A DNA stretch of 64,000 nt from Octopus vulgaris (lineage: Eukaryota). The translations under genes and the position numbers were made by a program. This document shows, one piece after another, positions 37,240 through 50,173 of the stretch (positions are counted from its first letter, which is position 1; each line of letters starts with the position of its first letter). A model generated the notes under the pieces. The model searched no databases and was not told the DNA's origin. It saw only the letters and a list, made by a program, of their open reading frames with translations. The stretch covers positions 5,084,001 to 5,148,000 of the forward strand of contig OX597822.1 of NCBI GenBank assembly GCA_951406725.2. The letters are read 5' to 3'.

Positions 37240-37772
37240 CTCTCCTACTCGCTTCTCTTCATCTGACACCTACTTCCTCTCTTCAGTCCTACCCACCTCT
37301 CTTCTCCTCTCTTGCCCTGACACCTACTTTCTCTCTTCACTCCTACCCAACCCCCTTCATCGATACCCCTCCATCCACACAAATCCTACTCCCACATACC
37401 TCACCTCTACCCCCACATACCTCACCTCTACCCCCACATCCTCACCCCACCCCTACCCCACCCTCACACCCCCACACTTAACACCGCCACACCATCTTGC
37501 ACACACTAGCACTAACCATTTTCCAGCACCCACACCATCATCCACACACACACACACACACACATTACAGACACACACATCATCGTTACCAGCTGCTTTC
37601 CACATGTGCACACACACACTCACATACACACACACCTTTTGGTATCACCTATACTTTATTATCTCCCCTTCTTCCTAGCTCTCCTGTCTAACTACCTTTG
37701 TCCAGCCAGTCGCCATGATTGACCACTAACTCCAAAATTTTTTTTCATTCTCTCTGTTTATTTCCTCATGCT

Positions 37773-37810
37773 CCTTTCTGTTGAAGAGCGAAGGCTCGAA
37801 ATGTAAAAGA
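37773..37810 (+). ncRNA. Minimal hammerhead motif (CUGUUGA variant) in PLE 3' end
   Basis: cCTTT-CTGTTGA-A-GAGC gaag GCTC-GAAA-TG-TA-AAAGa. Confidence 0.6.
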
Positions 37811-37943
37811 CTTTCTTACCTTCCCAAGCATCAAACTAATACACCTTCTTGTTGCTTATACACATGTCTTTGCCTTTTGTTTTTCTGTAAAGTTCAACCA
37901 TATATATATTGTTTGATTTGCGAAATAGTGGTTTTGTCTCGAA

Positions 37944-37976
<33 letters not shown>

Positions 37977-39476
37977 CTTTGGCATCTTTACGTAAGGACC
38001 TGTACAAGATGGATCATTCAGCAGTAAGGCTCCTTTATGATGATGAACTGATGCTGAAGTCATTGTGATTGACCTCATGGTATTTGCTCTACCTACTAAC
38101 TGAAAGCTTTCCCTTCTACCAAGCCAGTAAAGATTAGTTGCTTTGAAAGTTATTTGTCATGCATTCAGGAACTGTAAGTAGACCAGTACAGTTGGGGGTC
38201 CGCAGGCAAGAGTGTAGATGCTAGGCAATATTATGCAACTGAAATGGTCAGCGTCTGGAGCCTTGTCTCACCAATGAATTTTGTCTACACAATTCAAATG
38301 AAATCCTTTTGACATACTTACTATAAATAGTTTACTTCTCATTGATATATTCCATTAAAGCCAATCAAACAAATTATGCAATTTTTCAGTATAATATTGT
38401 TACCCATATCAGCAAATGCCATCAAACCAGTCAAATTACTCAATGAATATCTGGCAGTAAAAACAAATATAAATTTGTTTTCAAAAAGAATTGATACCAT
38501 CTGTAATTTTATGGGCAACATCCAGGGCCGTCCTTGCAATATTATAACTAATGGCACTCTGTCGATTATGATGACAATAGTTCCAGTTGATCCAATCAAT
38601 GAAAGAACCTGTTCATAGATTTAACATGCAAGTAGCAAAGCACTCCACACCCTTAACATATTTCTCAGAGAGATTCAGCATGAAAAGGATGGCCATTTGT
38701 ATTACAGTTACTACACATTTTTGCCAGCTGAGTGGAAGGTGATTGGCTTAATGGCTAAGGTATTTAGCTTACAATCATAAGGTCATGAGTTCAGTTCCTG
38801 GTGGCATGTTGTGTCCTTGAGCAAGACACTTTATTTCACATTCACTCCAGCAACATTATAAGTCCCTGGGAAAATCAAAGTACTGGACCCTATAGTATTA
38901 ATTTAATGACAGCATGCAACAACATACATACATTGGAACTCTCCAAGACTCATAAGGCCATTGGGCAACTGTCCAGTGTGCTCATGCCTTAAGGCATTGG
39001 CAACAACCAAAATAAAAAGGTTTACTCATGTAACACACATTAATACTCACAATTCTAAGCATTGCCTCTGAGATACTTCACTGTCAATAATGTCAAATTT
39101 TCTCAACGTAAAGTAGATTTCTTTAAAGTACTGGAAATGTTTAACCTCAAGAATACTAATGACACTTTACAAAACCTAAATACGTCTTTGAATGGAGTAT
39201 TGTTATCATAATTATTATGTTAATCAACCTCAGAGCATTGCTGCTATTGACTGAATATAAAATACGTAATCTCCTCAATAAATCTACCATTACTGATAAC
39301 CTTCCATCTGTGTCATGACATTGCAGCAAATCCGATCATTGATTCTTCAGTAGCTTATTATCATATTAGATTTTGCTGTTCAAAGTAGCTTGGTTAAACT
39401 CTGCTTATATTCAAAACTAATTTCTTGCATTCTGTCCCTTCACACAAAGCCCAGGGAAGAAGAAAGACACACACCA

Positions 39477-39692
39477 TTAACTCTTTAGCATTTAAACCAG
39501 TCGTATCAAGCCCAAATATTCTACCAGTTTTATGTTCAAAGTGGCCATATCTGGTCTCTCACACCTACAGTACAATAACATTCTAAAAGTACACAATTAC
39601 ATCATTAAATCTCAAAGTTATGAGATAATGCATGATTAATTCAAAACTATGTGAAGAAACAAGCATTACATTTGAGAGACTAATGTGAATGT
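39477..39692 (+). mobile_element. piggyBac-like (TTAA) MITE
   Basis: Begins ttaa-ctctttagcatt. The opposite-type end ccctttagcattcagataactctgtcaaatgtaatgc occurs at ~27000-27040. Other copies at 5410-5600 and 59945-60165. Confidence 0.6.
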
Positions 39693-41249
39693 CTGCAGTA
39701 ACTAAACTACAAAAAAATGTTGAAATAGACTGAATTTTTGGTGAGGAATCTAATAGTGAAAGTCACCACAAGATTGATGCCATAAAAAGAAAAATCTTAT
39801 TAGGCAAAAACTGGTCAAATTGGAGGTGGATTAATAACTGATATTGTATTCAAATCATTATATATATGTTATTTTAAATGACAATTTAATATAGTTCAGA
39901 TTTCTTAAAAGATCTAAATGAGAAGAATCTAAACTGAAAACTGCCTCAAGGTGGTGCCACTGAAAAAACAAAACCCAGTAAAGTGACAATCAAGCGAAAT
40001 TTCTTCAGGTTTTTCCTTGAATTTTAAAAGATACACTTCGGTTTTGTATAGCATAGGAAGTCACCAGTCTGATTTCTTTATTTCTATCTCTCTTATCCCA
40101 AATATTTCTGCATTACTCAGATCTTTAACTTTTCAACCGATCATGAGCAAAGCAAATTATTTAGACATAAGAATGAAAAGAAATCTCAGAATATAAAGAC
40201 ATTTAATTTTCCTCCATTTAGTATCAACATTTCATGCCTGTCATTAAAATTAATAATTATGTTTTAAATTATATATAATTACATATTATTTATTCTGAAC
40301 TTTATAGCTTGAGTCTCTTGAGACTAAAACTTGGTGTGAACTTTTGGAAATATGCTAAATTATAAAACTTCGGAACCATAAGAAGTAAGAAGTATGACAA
40401 GACATTATAGTAACGACGACAACAAATGTATAAGTGTGTGTGTGTGTGTGTGCGTGCATGCGTGTACGTGCATAAGTATATATGTGTGTGAAGGCTGGAA
40501 TGTAAGTATTAATGTTCAGAAATAAAGTAATGTGAAATGTAAAAGATGCTTTTGAGAATATCAAGAATTAATTAGTTCTTGATATTGTTGAAATGTTAAA
40601 ATTGAAAAAAAATATATTAAAGGAAAAAGAGAAAAGGAAGAAAGAACAATCTGATCAATGATTAACCAATCAAATCAGAGTATTGACCCAAACCTGACCT
40701 TTAACACAATTTCATAAAAAAAAGAGAAAAACAAGCATGTTCCGCTCATTATCTACATGTGTGTTTGCATATGTATATGAAGTACTGAGTCTGTGACATT
40801 GCAGTATGTTAGAATCCAATTAGATAGTTGTCAGAGCCCTGGCAGGTAACATACCTGCTTACTCTCTTCCTCTCACTCTCTCTTTTTTTGATCCTCTTTA
40901 ATTATTTGAAAATAATTGTAAAAAAATACTAGAAAGGGTAAGGTCATGTAGAGCACAAAATGTTGGGTAAATTAGCAGTAATGGCAAATGAGAAAGACAA
41001 GAACTAGAAAAATAGAAGATAGAGTTGAAATTTGCTTACCAGGAATGAAGAAAAAAAATACTTCCTGAGTTATTAATAGTAAAAACTAATTTCATTTTGG
41101 AATATTTTTACTCATTTTTAAGCATTTAGTTTTGTATATAAGTCATGTTTGCACAGGGCCTCAGCATCTGCTTAAATTGCAAATGATTGCCATTTAAAGG
41201 CCAATAATTACTTCCACATGGTAAAAAAAACAAAAAGAATCAATGAAAG

Positions 41250-42335
41250 TACTAGAGGTTGCCATGGAAATCAGGATGAGCTCCAGCTATGTTGACTTGT
41301 GAGTCGGTAATGCTGAGATCCATATCTTTTCTCAGTTCACTGAATTTGGTCCAAATTTATATGGCCATTATATTGGCACCATCAAACTCACTCTTGTTTC
41401 ATTTTCCTCATCACCTTTGTCAACTTTTTCTTACCCCACCTAATAACTCACTTACACCATCTCCCCAACTTCGGTCACCTTCCTAAACATTTCCATTCAC
41501 CACCCAATTTTACTGTTGCCTTTTCAGTTTTCCTCGAAATCACCAACTCCTCCGGCTACCTTGATTTTACATCATCCAATCCTGTTCCACTTTTAACAAA
41601 CTTGCTAGACCTAATCCCAATGTCTTCGCCTCTGCAGCCATGACCCTAACTTTAAAATTCACTCTCAATATATGGTGCATCACTTTGTCCAATATGCTGA
41701 ACTGTAGTCAACACTGCCCACATCAGCTCCCTCACACTGACCACATCTTGTCCAGTGTCTCATCCACCATCAACTGCTTACTTTCCCTTCACTTACAGTC
41801 ATCACATCACCTTTCCAGTGAACAATATATGTCAGTGCTGGATCTTCCAATTCTCACCTCCTCACTCACTCCCCTCCTGTAGATGTACTAGCAATCTGCA
41901 TCACTTACTGGTTCTCAACTCCCCCCAGCCTCCCACACACCAAATGCAGATCCATCTTTTGCTTGTCCTCCATTAACGGTGTATATTCCTCCGGCACCTA
42001 CCATCCTCACAGCACCTAGCAACTCCTCCTTCCATGCCATGGACCAATTTATGTGTACTGCCAGGAATCTCATTTATTGCACCAAATGCTGACCATGTGA
42101 TCAGCTGTAAGTAGATATCTAGTCAACAGGTTTCATGAATACCTTCAGGATGTCCAACATTACAATGCTGGGTCACTAGCAACCTGCCACATTCATTCAC
42201 TTTACCTATTTCTTTGCACCTCTCCATCTTCAATATTATCCCTCATCACAGTTCCGGGTTACAATGTAAACAACTTATTCTCCACCTCAGAACAACACAA
42301 CCACATTTGGATTAAGCAATGAACTTGCTTTCCTC
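41250..42335 (+). pseudogene. Old Penelope-like (Neptune) RT plus GIY-YIG remnant
   Basis: EVAMEIRMSSSYVDL (GVAMG.RM.PSYA), PNLYGHYIG (LY.RYIDD), LRLCSHDPNFKIHSQYMVHHF, TILTAPSNSSFHAMDQFMCTARNLIYCTKC*PC. Confidence 0.78.
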
Positions 42336-43369
42336 TAACTACATACATTCACACATACACTCCAATGTACCAACACATACCGATATACATGACACACTAT
42401 GTTGTTCCATTTTTAACACCTATGTACAAACCATGTTTCACTGCATATGTCGCATCTAATGCATGTGTGAGTGCATACATGTTTATGTATGGGTGTGTAC
42501 ATCTGTATGTATGAGTGTTTATATGAACACCAGTTAATATTAAAAAATGGGGTTAGGTTTATGCTGAATCCCTTTATGTTTTACAACTTTGCAGATAGAG
42601 ATGGATAATATACCAGACTACAGTAAGTATTGGATAAAAACTTGAAAGAAGGTGCCCCAGCATGGCTGTGGTTCAATAACTGAGAATAAAAGAGTGAATA
42701 TAGTCTTCTAGTTATTTTTATTTACATATCAACGGAGAAATAACTAAAATAAAATGGAAAGAGAGAGAGATGGTTTATAGGTGCTTCAAAGACTTTTTAC
42801 TCGGAGTGAAAGTTTAGCTCTGGTTTCATGATATTAGATAAGAGATAAAGCTCTCATTGGACAGTCTATCATAGGCAATAATTCCTCCTGACAGCTAGGG
42901 AAAGCACAATAACATGCATTACATGAATCAATCTATAATCTAAGATTTTATTTATCTATATGTAGATATTGAGGCCTACATGCATATATAGATGACTGAA
43001 TATAAATATACATGACTGTATGTGGCTGAAAGTAATTGTGGAAGTAATTTCCTACAAAAATACACACACACACACACAAAAAAAAATTTAACCCAGTCAG
43101 TACATAATAATTAGTTTAATTTTATACTTTCTTAAAATTATTCGTCAGCTAAAGAAATGTCGTCTGCATGACTAGTGCAGTTTCCAGTACTGGTCATGAA
43201 CAGACTGGGTACTTACCCAAGGTGACTCATGGATCTAGGGACCCAATGCTAATCTGCTGTGACTAGCTGGCAATAAATAATTGTAGGGCCCTCTTTGCTT
43301 TGCTTCTATTACTGTTAAGAAATACCTATTTCTTTATTACCCAGAGGGGACAAACAAGGACAGACATAG

Positions 43370-43497
43370 GTAGTAAGTCGATTACATCGAACCCAGTGCG
43401 TAACTGGTACTTAATTTATCGACCCCGAAAGGATGAAAGGCAAAGTCGACCTCGGCGGAATTTGAACTCACAACGTAACGCAGACGAAATACCGCGA
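43370..43497 (-). mobile_element. Young MetaSINE-like SINE, partial
   Basis: ctggtacttaatttatcgaccccgaaaggatgaaaggcaaagtcgacctcggcggaatttgaactc, with CpGs retained. Confidence 0.8.
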
Positions 43498-43514
43498 ACT
43501 ACTGCCCATGAACT

Positions 43515-43715
43515 ACTCAGCTAAAGCGCTCCTATGCCAGGCACTGTTGAAGGTTTTGGTGATGTCAAGTTTTGTAACAACGTTTTTAAAGGTAAGAAAA
43601 TATTGATGCAGGACGTAAAGAGAGCAAATGTCTTGTAGACCTGGCTCAATGGAAACAGCACTGGCAGTCATTGAAAAGGGAAATGCAATGGTAAGAATGA
43701 TGTGCACTCAATTAA
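43515..43715 (-). pseudogene. CR1/Jockey-like LINE reverse-transcriptase fragment
   Basis: QCCFH*ARSTRHLL (QYGFR..RST.DLL), frameshift, then KLDITKTFNSAWH (LDISKAFD.VWH). Confidence 0.72.
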
Positions 43716-44212
43716 TTCAGTCGTTAACATATTGTCAGTATTTATGTTAACAGTACCAGCTGTATGAAAAGCAAAACAAATTTATCCCCCGCTCTCAGTC
43801 AATTGTGAAACTAGAATCACAAATTAATGCATCTTGGCTCAATTCTTCATCACCGTCTGCTGCAGCAATTCCACCAACCCTGTGATTTACATTAACATAT
43901 AATGCCAAAAGCAATGGACCATTATAATGTGCTAGACAACAGATTAAGAGATAGCGTTTGATATATTTTACATAAACACACAAACACACAAACATACATA
44001 TATACATATGCACATATGCATATATATATATATATATACATATATATATACACACTATGTGTTTCTAGTGAACTGAGTATAATAGATGCTTTAATTAAAA
44101 ACTGAATAAACACCACTTCAACAATAAATAAACAAACAAAAGACAATAGCACATAAAACAGCCATAGAAGACATGGTTGATTACTCAACAGTTAAAATAC
44201 TGAAGACAAAAC

Positions 44213-44246
<34 letters not shown>

Positions 44247-45148
44247 ATCTTTAATGGTTCAGAAAGAACTTCTTTACTAAAGGGTATAATAAAATCATAT
44301 AGTTTACAAATAAAAGGACACTTTCATTGCTGATGCAGAAAGGTGTGAGGTAATTAGTGTAAAAAGAAAATGTTTTCAAGATAACCACAAATGTTAGATG
44401 TAATATAAAATAATAAAAGTAATTTAATAGTGAATTATATTGCAGTTTCAGTTGAGATATTAAAAATGAGATGACTGACTAAGTGAATGAGTGGTTTTAT
44501 CTTTGGAAAAGAACCTCAAATTAGTATTCTGTCATAACCATTCCATTGGTATTTTAATCAGAAGAAGTCAAATGTCTGCAAAGACTTAACTGGTAAAAAA
44601 AAATCCAAAGTATACAAAAATACAATACAATAAGAGGGGGTAATATTGATGGAAACTATACAACTAATTAAAAATGAGGGACGGATGTGAATGCATCTTC
44701 ATTTGTAAGGCATTATATTTACAGAGTAAAAGATACAGATGAAGACAGAAATAATAAAATGAGAAGTAGAGAAAAAAAAACGAACAAGGAAAAAATAATG
44801 GTTAAAGTTGGATTGCAATTACACTTTTGTTATTTGCTTCTTCATCTCTTTAGCAGCTGTCAGTTAAGATGAAGCTTGGAAAAAAAAAAACACAAAAAAA
44901 CCCCCATTCATGTTGTGTGTATAATATCGTATTAAATTCACACATGTATGCTTTTACAATGTTTACAAGTTCTGCAGCTTCTACAATTTAAGTTTTGAAC
45001 ATTTACATTGTATGTTGGAGGATATAGGTTCGGAGAAGGTAGTGAGGTAATGTCTAGATAATGCTATAGTTATTACAATAATACTGTGTTGCAAACATAC
45101 ATATTTGTGCATGTGTGTGTGTGTATAAAGACAGATAGATAGATAGAT

Positions 45149-45185
<37 letters not shown>

Positions 45186-45197
45186 AACATCTACTCT

Positions 45198-45520
45198 ATG
45201 GCACTCTATTCTGTTGGTTATGATGATGAGTGTTCCAGTTGATCTGATCAACAGAACAGCTTGCTCATAAAATTAACATGCAAGTGGCAGAGCACTCCAC
45301 AAACATGCATACCTTTAATGCGGTTTTCAGGGAGATTGAACCTGACGCAGAATGGGACAAAGTCAACTCATTGAAGTACAAATACAAAACATTTTTGTCA
45401 GCTGAGTGGACTGGAGCAACAGGTTCAGGGACACAATGTGCAGCCAGATATCAAACTCATGACCTTACATTACAATTGTGAACCAAATACTGTAACCACC
45501 AAGCCATGAGCCTTCACGTA
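45198..45520 (-). mobile_element. Decayed copy of the 5780-6110 SINE family
   Basis: ggcactc...ttccagttgatctgatcaacagaacagc...gcagagcactccac...gctgagtggactggagcaac...taaccaccaagccatg. Confidence 0.8.
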
Positions 45521-45544
45521 TGATATAGACACACACACATACAC

Positions 45545-45628
<84 letters not shown>

Positions 45629-47294
45629 AGAGAGAGCAAGAGAGAGAAGGGTGGTAGAGAGACTCAGAAATGAAGTAAGTATTTATGAATTGACTGATTT
45701 GGTAAATGAAATGAAGTGTCCTGTTTTGATGAGAGTGTCTGGCCAATACTTTCCCCATCAAAAAAAAAAAAGATAAAAAAAAGACTTGGTATATCTTCCT
45801 AATTATGTAAATTAAAATAACTTAGAATAAAGAGACCTATCAAGAATTAAAACGAAACAGCTGTATCAGATTGAAAATTTCAACAATAAGTCATCAACTT
45901 GTACATTTTGCTTCTAAATACCCACATATACTCTACCCTTTATGCACATGTATATATATATATATATGTTTAGTGCTGTTGTTAGTTTTGTACCATGGCT
46001 TCATTCTTGTGTCTAGATATCTGAACAAAGTGATCTTAGAAGCCTTTCACATTAAACACATATACACAGTGTTCTAAATCATATCCCATAACTATGTCAA
46101 GCACTTTGTTTTACATACACACACATGAATAAAATCCAGTATCCCAAAACACACTTTATTCCATTTGTTCATGTATTTACATCTGTTTCTCCATGACAAC
46201 CTGAGTTAGGTGAATATATATTATTTAGACATAGTTTTACTGATGGATGGGCCACCAATCTTTGTTTTTCATATATTTTCTTCAACTTTTCCCTGAAGAA
46301 ACTTTTGTAAGAATGCGCAATGAGACCACAAAGTCTGCACCAATGGGGAAGATGAAGACATATCCCAGAATGTGATTTCTGACAGGTGTTGTGCAGCTTC
46401 CAACTTACAGAGATGACTGGAGCACAATTTCATCTCTGAGACAGGAAACAGATACTCAGGAATTGTTATCTTGTACATATTTGTGAAAACATCAACTTGT
46501 AATTAACCTGCTATCAACCTACTTAGGCAAGTGGCACTAACTGTGAGAACAGATAAACATCAATATTCATAAGGTACACCAACAATCATGACATCCTCTC
46601 ACCATCTTCCATTCAAATTCATGCAATAGATATATTTCTATGATTTTTCTACTAGACTGATGGCATTTTTCATCAAAATCTCTGGTTTCTAACTGAAAGA
46701 TTTACATAGAGAAAAAACAGCAGAAATTTATGAGTTAAATCACTGCAGTCAAGTATTTTCTAAACACAGTAGGAATACAACCAACAATGAAAATACTGAA
46801 TATTTTTCTTATATCTGAAAAAAGTTATATCAACATAAGTGAGATAAAAACATGCCAAAAATCAAATGAGATATCTGTTTGTTATCAGCTCTATAGAGTT
46901 CTTACCAGAGGGGAAGCTCGTGTTTTTCCAAGCATACTAACAATGTCAGTGAAAGAAAACTGTTCCAAGTAATATTCAAAACTAGATTGCCAAGAAATTA
47001 CTGCTCTGCCATATAAATAATCTAGAATTTATATAAATGTTATGAATGTACAGACATAATACAGCAAAGACAGAATGACAGAAAGAATATATATATGTTA
47101 TATTTATATAGATAAAAACTAATACAAAATTTTAAAAAATTGTTCTTAAAAAATAATTTCTGAAAAAGCACAAACATATACAACTAAACAAACAAAAAAA
47201 GTCAGACAACTACTGCACTGCTATAACTTCATTAAAATACTTATTGTCAAAGAAATAACATAATCAATATTAATATCCAATTAATAACAAAACT

Positions 47295-48791
47295 TGATGA
47301 GAAAATTAGAATTGACAATCAATTCTCACAGTTTTATCTTAATAATAAAAACAAATCTCAAAAATTAGACGATAATTTGCAAACTGAACAATTTCTAAGA
47401 CTAAATTAACCTTATATGTCTGTATTTCTAAGACAAGTTATTAATAGCCATACTAAGCATTGATTGGACTATTAACCTCCTCTTTTTCTTTTTCTTGTGC
47501 TTTTTTTTTTTTTGCTTTCAATTTATACTACATTTTAATCAATATCTTCTCCAAGCATCTTTAGGAGCCATACTATTACTCATATTCATCCATACATTTA
47601 CACACACATACATGTGTGTTTATTGCATCTAAAGATTGTGAGAGGATATAGTGATTGGGAAAATGTGTGAATAGAAACACCGAATATGAGCTGAATAACT
47701 TGGCCAAAGTGACAAAAGTCAATTGATTCTTTAGTTCCTTTAAACCAACCAACTCGGTTAAGGTAGCAGAATGCTGTTGATGGATTGTATAACATAAAAG
47801 ACATTACAGTCTGTAAGATTTTTGTTGAGAATATTTATTTCAAACATGGATGGAAGCACTCCGTCGGTTACGACGATGAGGGTTCCGGTTGATCCGACCA
47901 ACAGAACAGCCTGCTCGTGAAATTAATGTGTAAGTGGCTGAGCACTCCACAGACACGTGTACCCTTAACGTAGTTCTCAGGGATATTCAGCGTGACACAG
48001 AGAGTGACAAAGGCCGGCCCTTTGAAATACAGGTACAACAGAAACAGGAAGTAAGAGTGAGAGAAAGTTGTGGTGAAAGAGTACAGCAGGGATCACCACC
48101 ATCCCCTGCCAGAGCCTCATGGAGCTTTAGGTGTTTTTGCTCAATAAACACTTATAACGCCCGGTCTGGGAATCGAAACCACAATCCTATGACTGCGAGT
48201 CCGCTGCCCTAACCGCTGGGCCATTGTGCCTCCACTATTTCAAACATAGAGACCAGATAATATGCTTGTAATGGTTCAACTCACTAATGATACAATATGT
48301 AAAATTCCATGAAAATGAAATCATTGAAACAAAAAAAGAACAAAAAGAAAATTATATTATGTATCTCACACACAAAAATACACACAGCATATGTATTCTG
48401 GTTTTTCAAATAGATACATGCATCCCTTCACATTGTCACAGGTGACTAAAAGAATTAGCACCAGAAAGGGCATTCGATCGTAAAACATTGCCTCAAAAGA
48501 ATGTTATCTAATCTTTGTCAGCATAGAAAAGCAGGCATAAAAATAAGGATGATTTGGTTAGATAAACACACACACACACACAGATGTGTGTGTGATGTAA
48601 TGGCAGTCTCTTGTAGTCTGAGAAAGACAGTTCTGCAATTTCTTGCTGAACAACCTAAACCAATGATGAGAAAATTAGAATTGACAATCAATTCTCACAG
48701 TTTTATCTTAATAATAAACAAATTTCAAAAATTAGACGATAATTTGCAAACTAAACAATTTCTAAGACTAAATTAACATAATATGTCTGTA
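47295..48791 (+). repeat. ~130-bp direct repeat pair (47295-47424 and 48664-48791)
   Basis: tgatgagaaaattagaattgacaatcaattctcacagttttatcttaataataaa...atttctaagactaaattaac...atatgtctgta occurs twice with few differences. Confidence 0.9.
47848..48235 (-). mobile_element. Young full-length tRNA(Arg)-like SINE with 12-bp TSD
   Basis: TSD tatttcaaacat at 47836-47847 and 48236-48247. Near-identical to 28891-29277. Confidence 0.93.
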
Positions 48792-48996
48792 ATCAACCTG
48801 CTACATTAGCTTACTCTCTCCATCAAATCAACGTCACCTGTACAGGTGCACAGTGTACCACACATCAAGTATCAAAGCAATCACAGAGCAAGGTGAAATG
48901 AGGTGTTTTGCTCAAGAATGCAACACAGTACCTGGTCCACGACCTGAAACCACAGTCTTGTGATTGTGAGTGCAACATCCTAAAGACTACACCATA

Positions 48997-49292
48997 TGCC
49001 CTGCATGGCTCAGTGGTTAGAGCGTCGAGCTTACGATCGTGAGGTTGTGAGCTCGAATCCCGGACCGGGCTGCGTGTTGTGTTCTCGAGCAAGGCACTTT
49101 ATTTCACGTTGCTCCAGTTCACTCAGCTGTAGAAATGAGTTGCGACGTCACAGGTGCCTTTCCCTTGGAGGCCGGTATGCATGGGCGACTGCTGGCCTTC
49201 CATAAACAACCTTGCCCGGACTTGTGTCTAGGAGGGTAACTTTCTAGGTGCAATCCCATGGTCATTCATGACCGAAGGGGGTCTTTACCCTT
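48997..49292 (+). mobile_element. tRNA-derived CORE-type SINE with an alternative 3' tail
   Basis: A box tggctcagtgg, B box gagctcgaatcc, CORE-like gcaaggcactttatttcacgttgctccag. It diverges from 5780-6110 after aaatgagttg. A decayed head-to-head copy lies at ~48820-48995. Confidence 0.85.
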
Positions 49293-49337
<45 letters not shown>

Positions 49338-49635
49338 ATAAGTAATACATACATATATCTATACATATATACTTGTATCTATACATATATACATGTAACT
49401 ATACATACATACATACATACATACATACATACATACATACATGTATATATATATATATATCATAATGATATGAGGGAATATCATTCCAAACTTACAGGGA
49501 AAAATTCAATTTAGAAATACTATATCAAATTTCACAAACTATAATATAATATATATATATATATAAATTAGAAAAACCCCCACCTTTTATCTATTCAATA
49601 CTGAAAAATTAAATTATACCACTAAATTACATACA

Positions 49636-50173
49636 CAGTCTGGGGAGTTAGGTGACCAGATGTTAGGGGTGATGTCGTTGCAGAAATTGTCTAACTGCCA
49701 TGACTAGGTTCTCCAGCTTGTGTGGCATGGTGTAGTGTCCTGTTGCCAGACATAGGGTTTTCCAGAAGTCACCCTCTTGACTCAGGGCAGTACTATCTCC
49801 TCCTGGTACTTGGTGTAGGCCTTCATGTTGAGTCTGAAACTGTGTGGGGAAAATCAATGGAGGCAGAATGTCACCATCAATAGTGATCACTTCAAACACC
49901 ATGATGTTGACTGGATGTTTGATTTTTATCACTTTCAGTGCATGCCCTCAGATTGCGCTGTGAAATGTTCGCATTGGAGCTTCCAGCATGAATGCCAAGC
50001 AGTACAGCATGTCATTTCCAAATTTTTGGCAAAGTGAATTGCATCAAGGTGCTGTTTTTCTCACAGACAGTGCCCAGCTGACCCTACTATACTGTGTAGT
50101 CAACAAAATCAAAAACAATGCACATGTGTGAAATTAGAAATATAAATGGCAACTATTTACCCATTGCACCCTG
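49636..50173 (-). mobile_element. Internally deleted, one-ended Tc1/mariner (DD37D/maT-like) transposon
   Basis: Minus-strand TIR TA-CAGGGTGCAATGGGTAAATAGTTGCCAT. Transposase remnant KHPVNIMVFEVITIDGDILPPLIFP...YVWQQDTTPCH...IWSPNSPDC. Confidence 0.82.

Larger units (their letters stand above)
36700..37905 (+). mobile_element. 5'-truncated Penelope-like retroelement (Neptune-type)
   Basis: GIY-YIG coding remnant, C-rich/(CA)n 3' region, hammerhead motif, and a 3' end at (TA)n. Confidence 0.88.
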
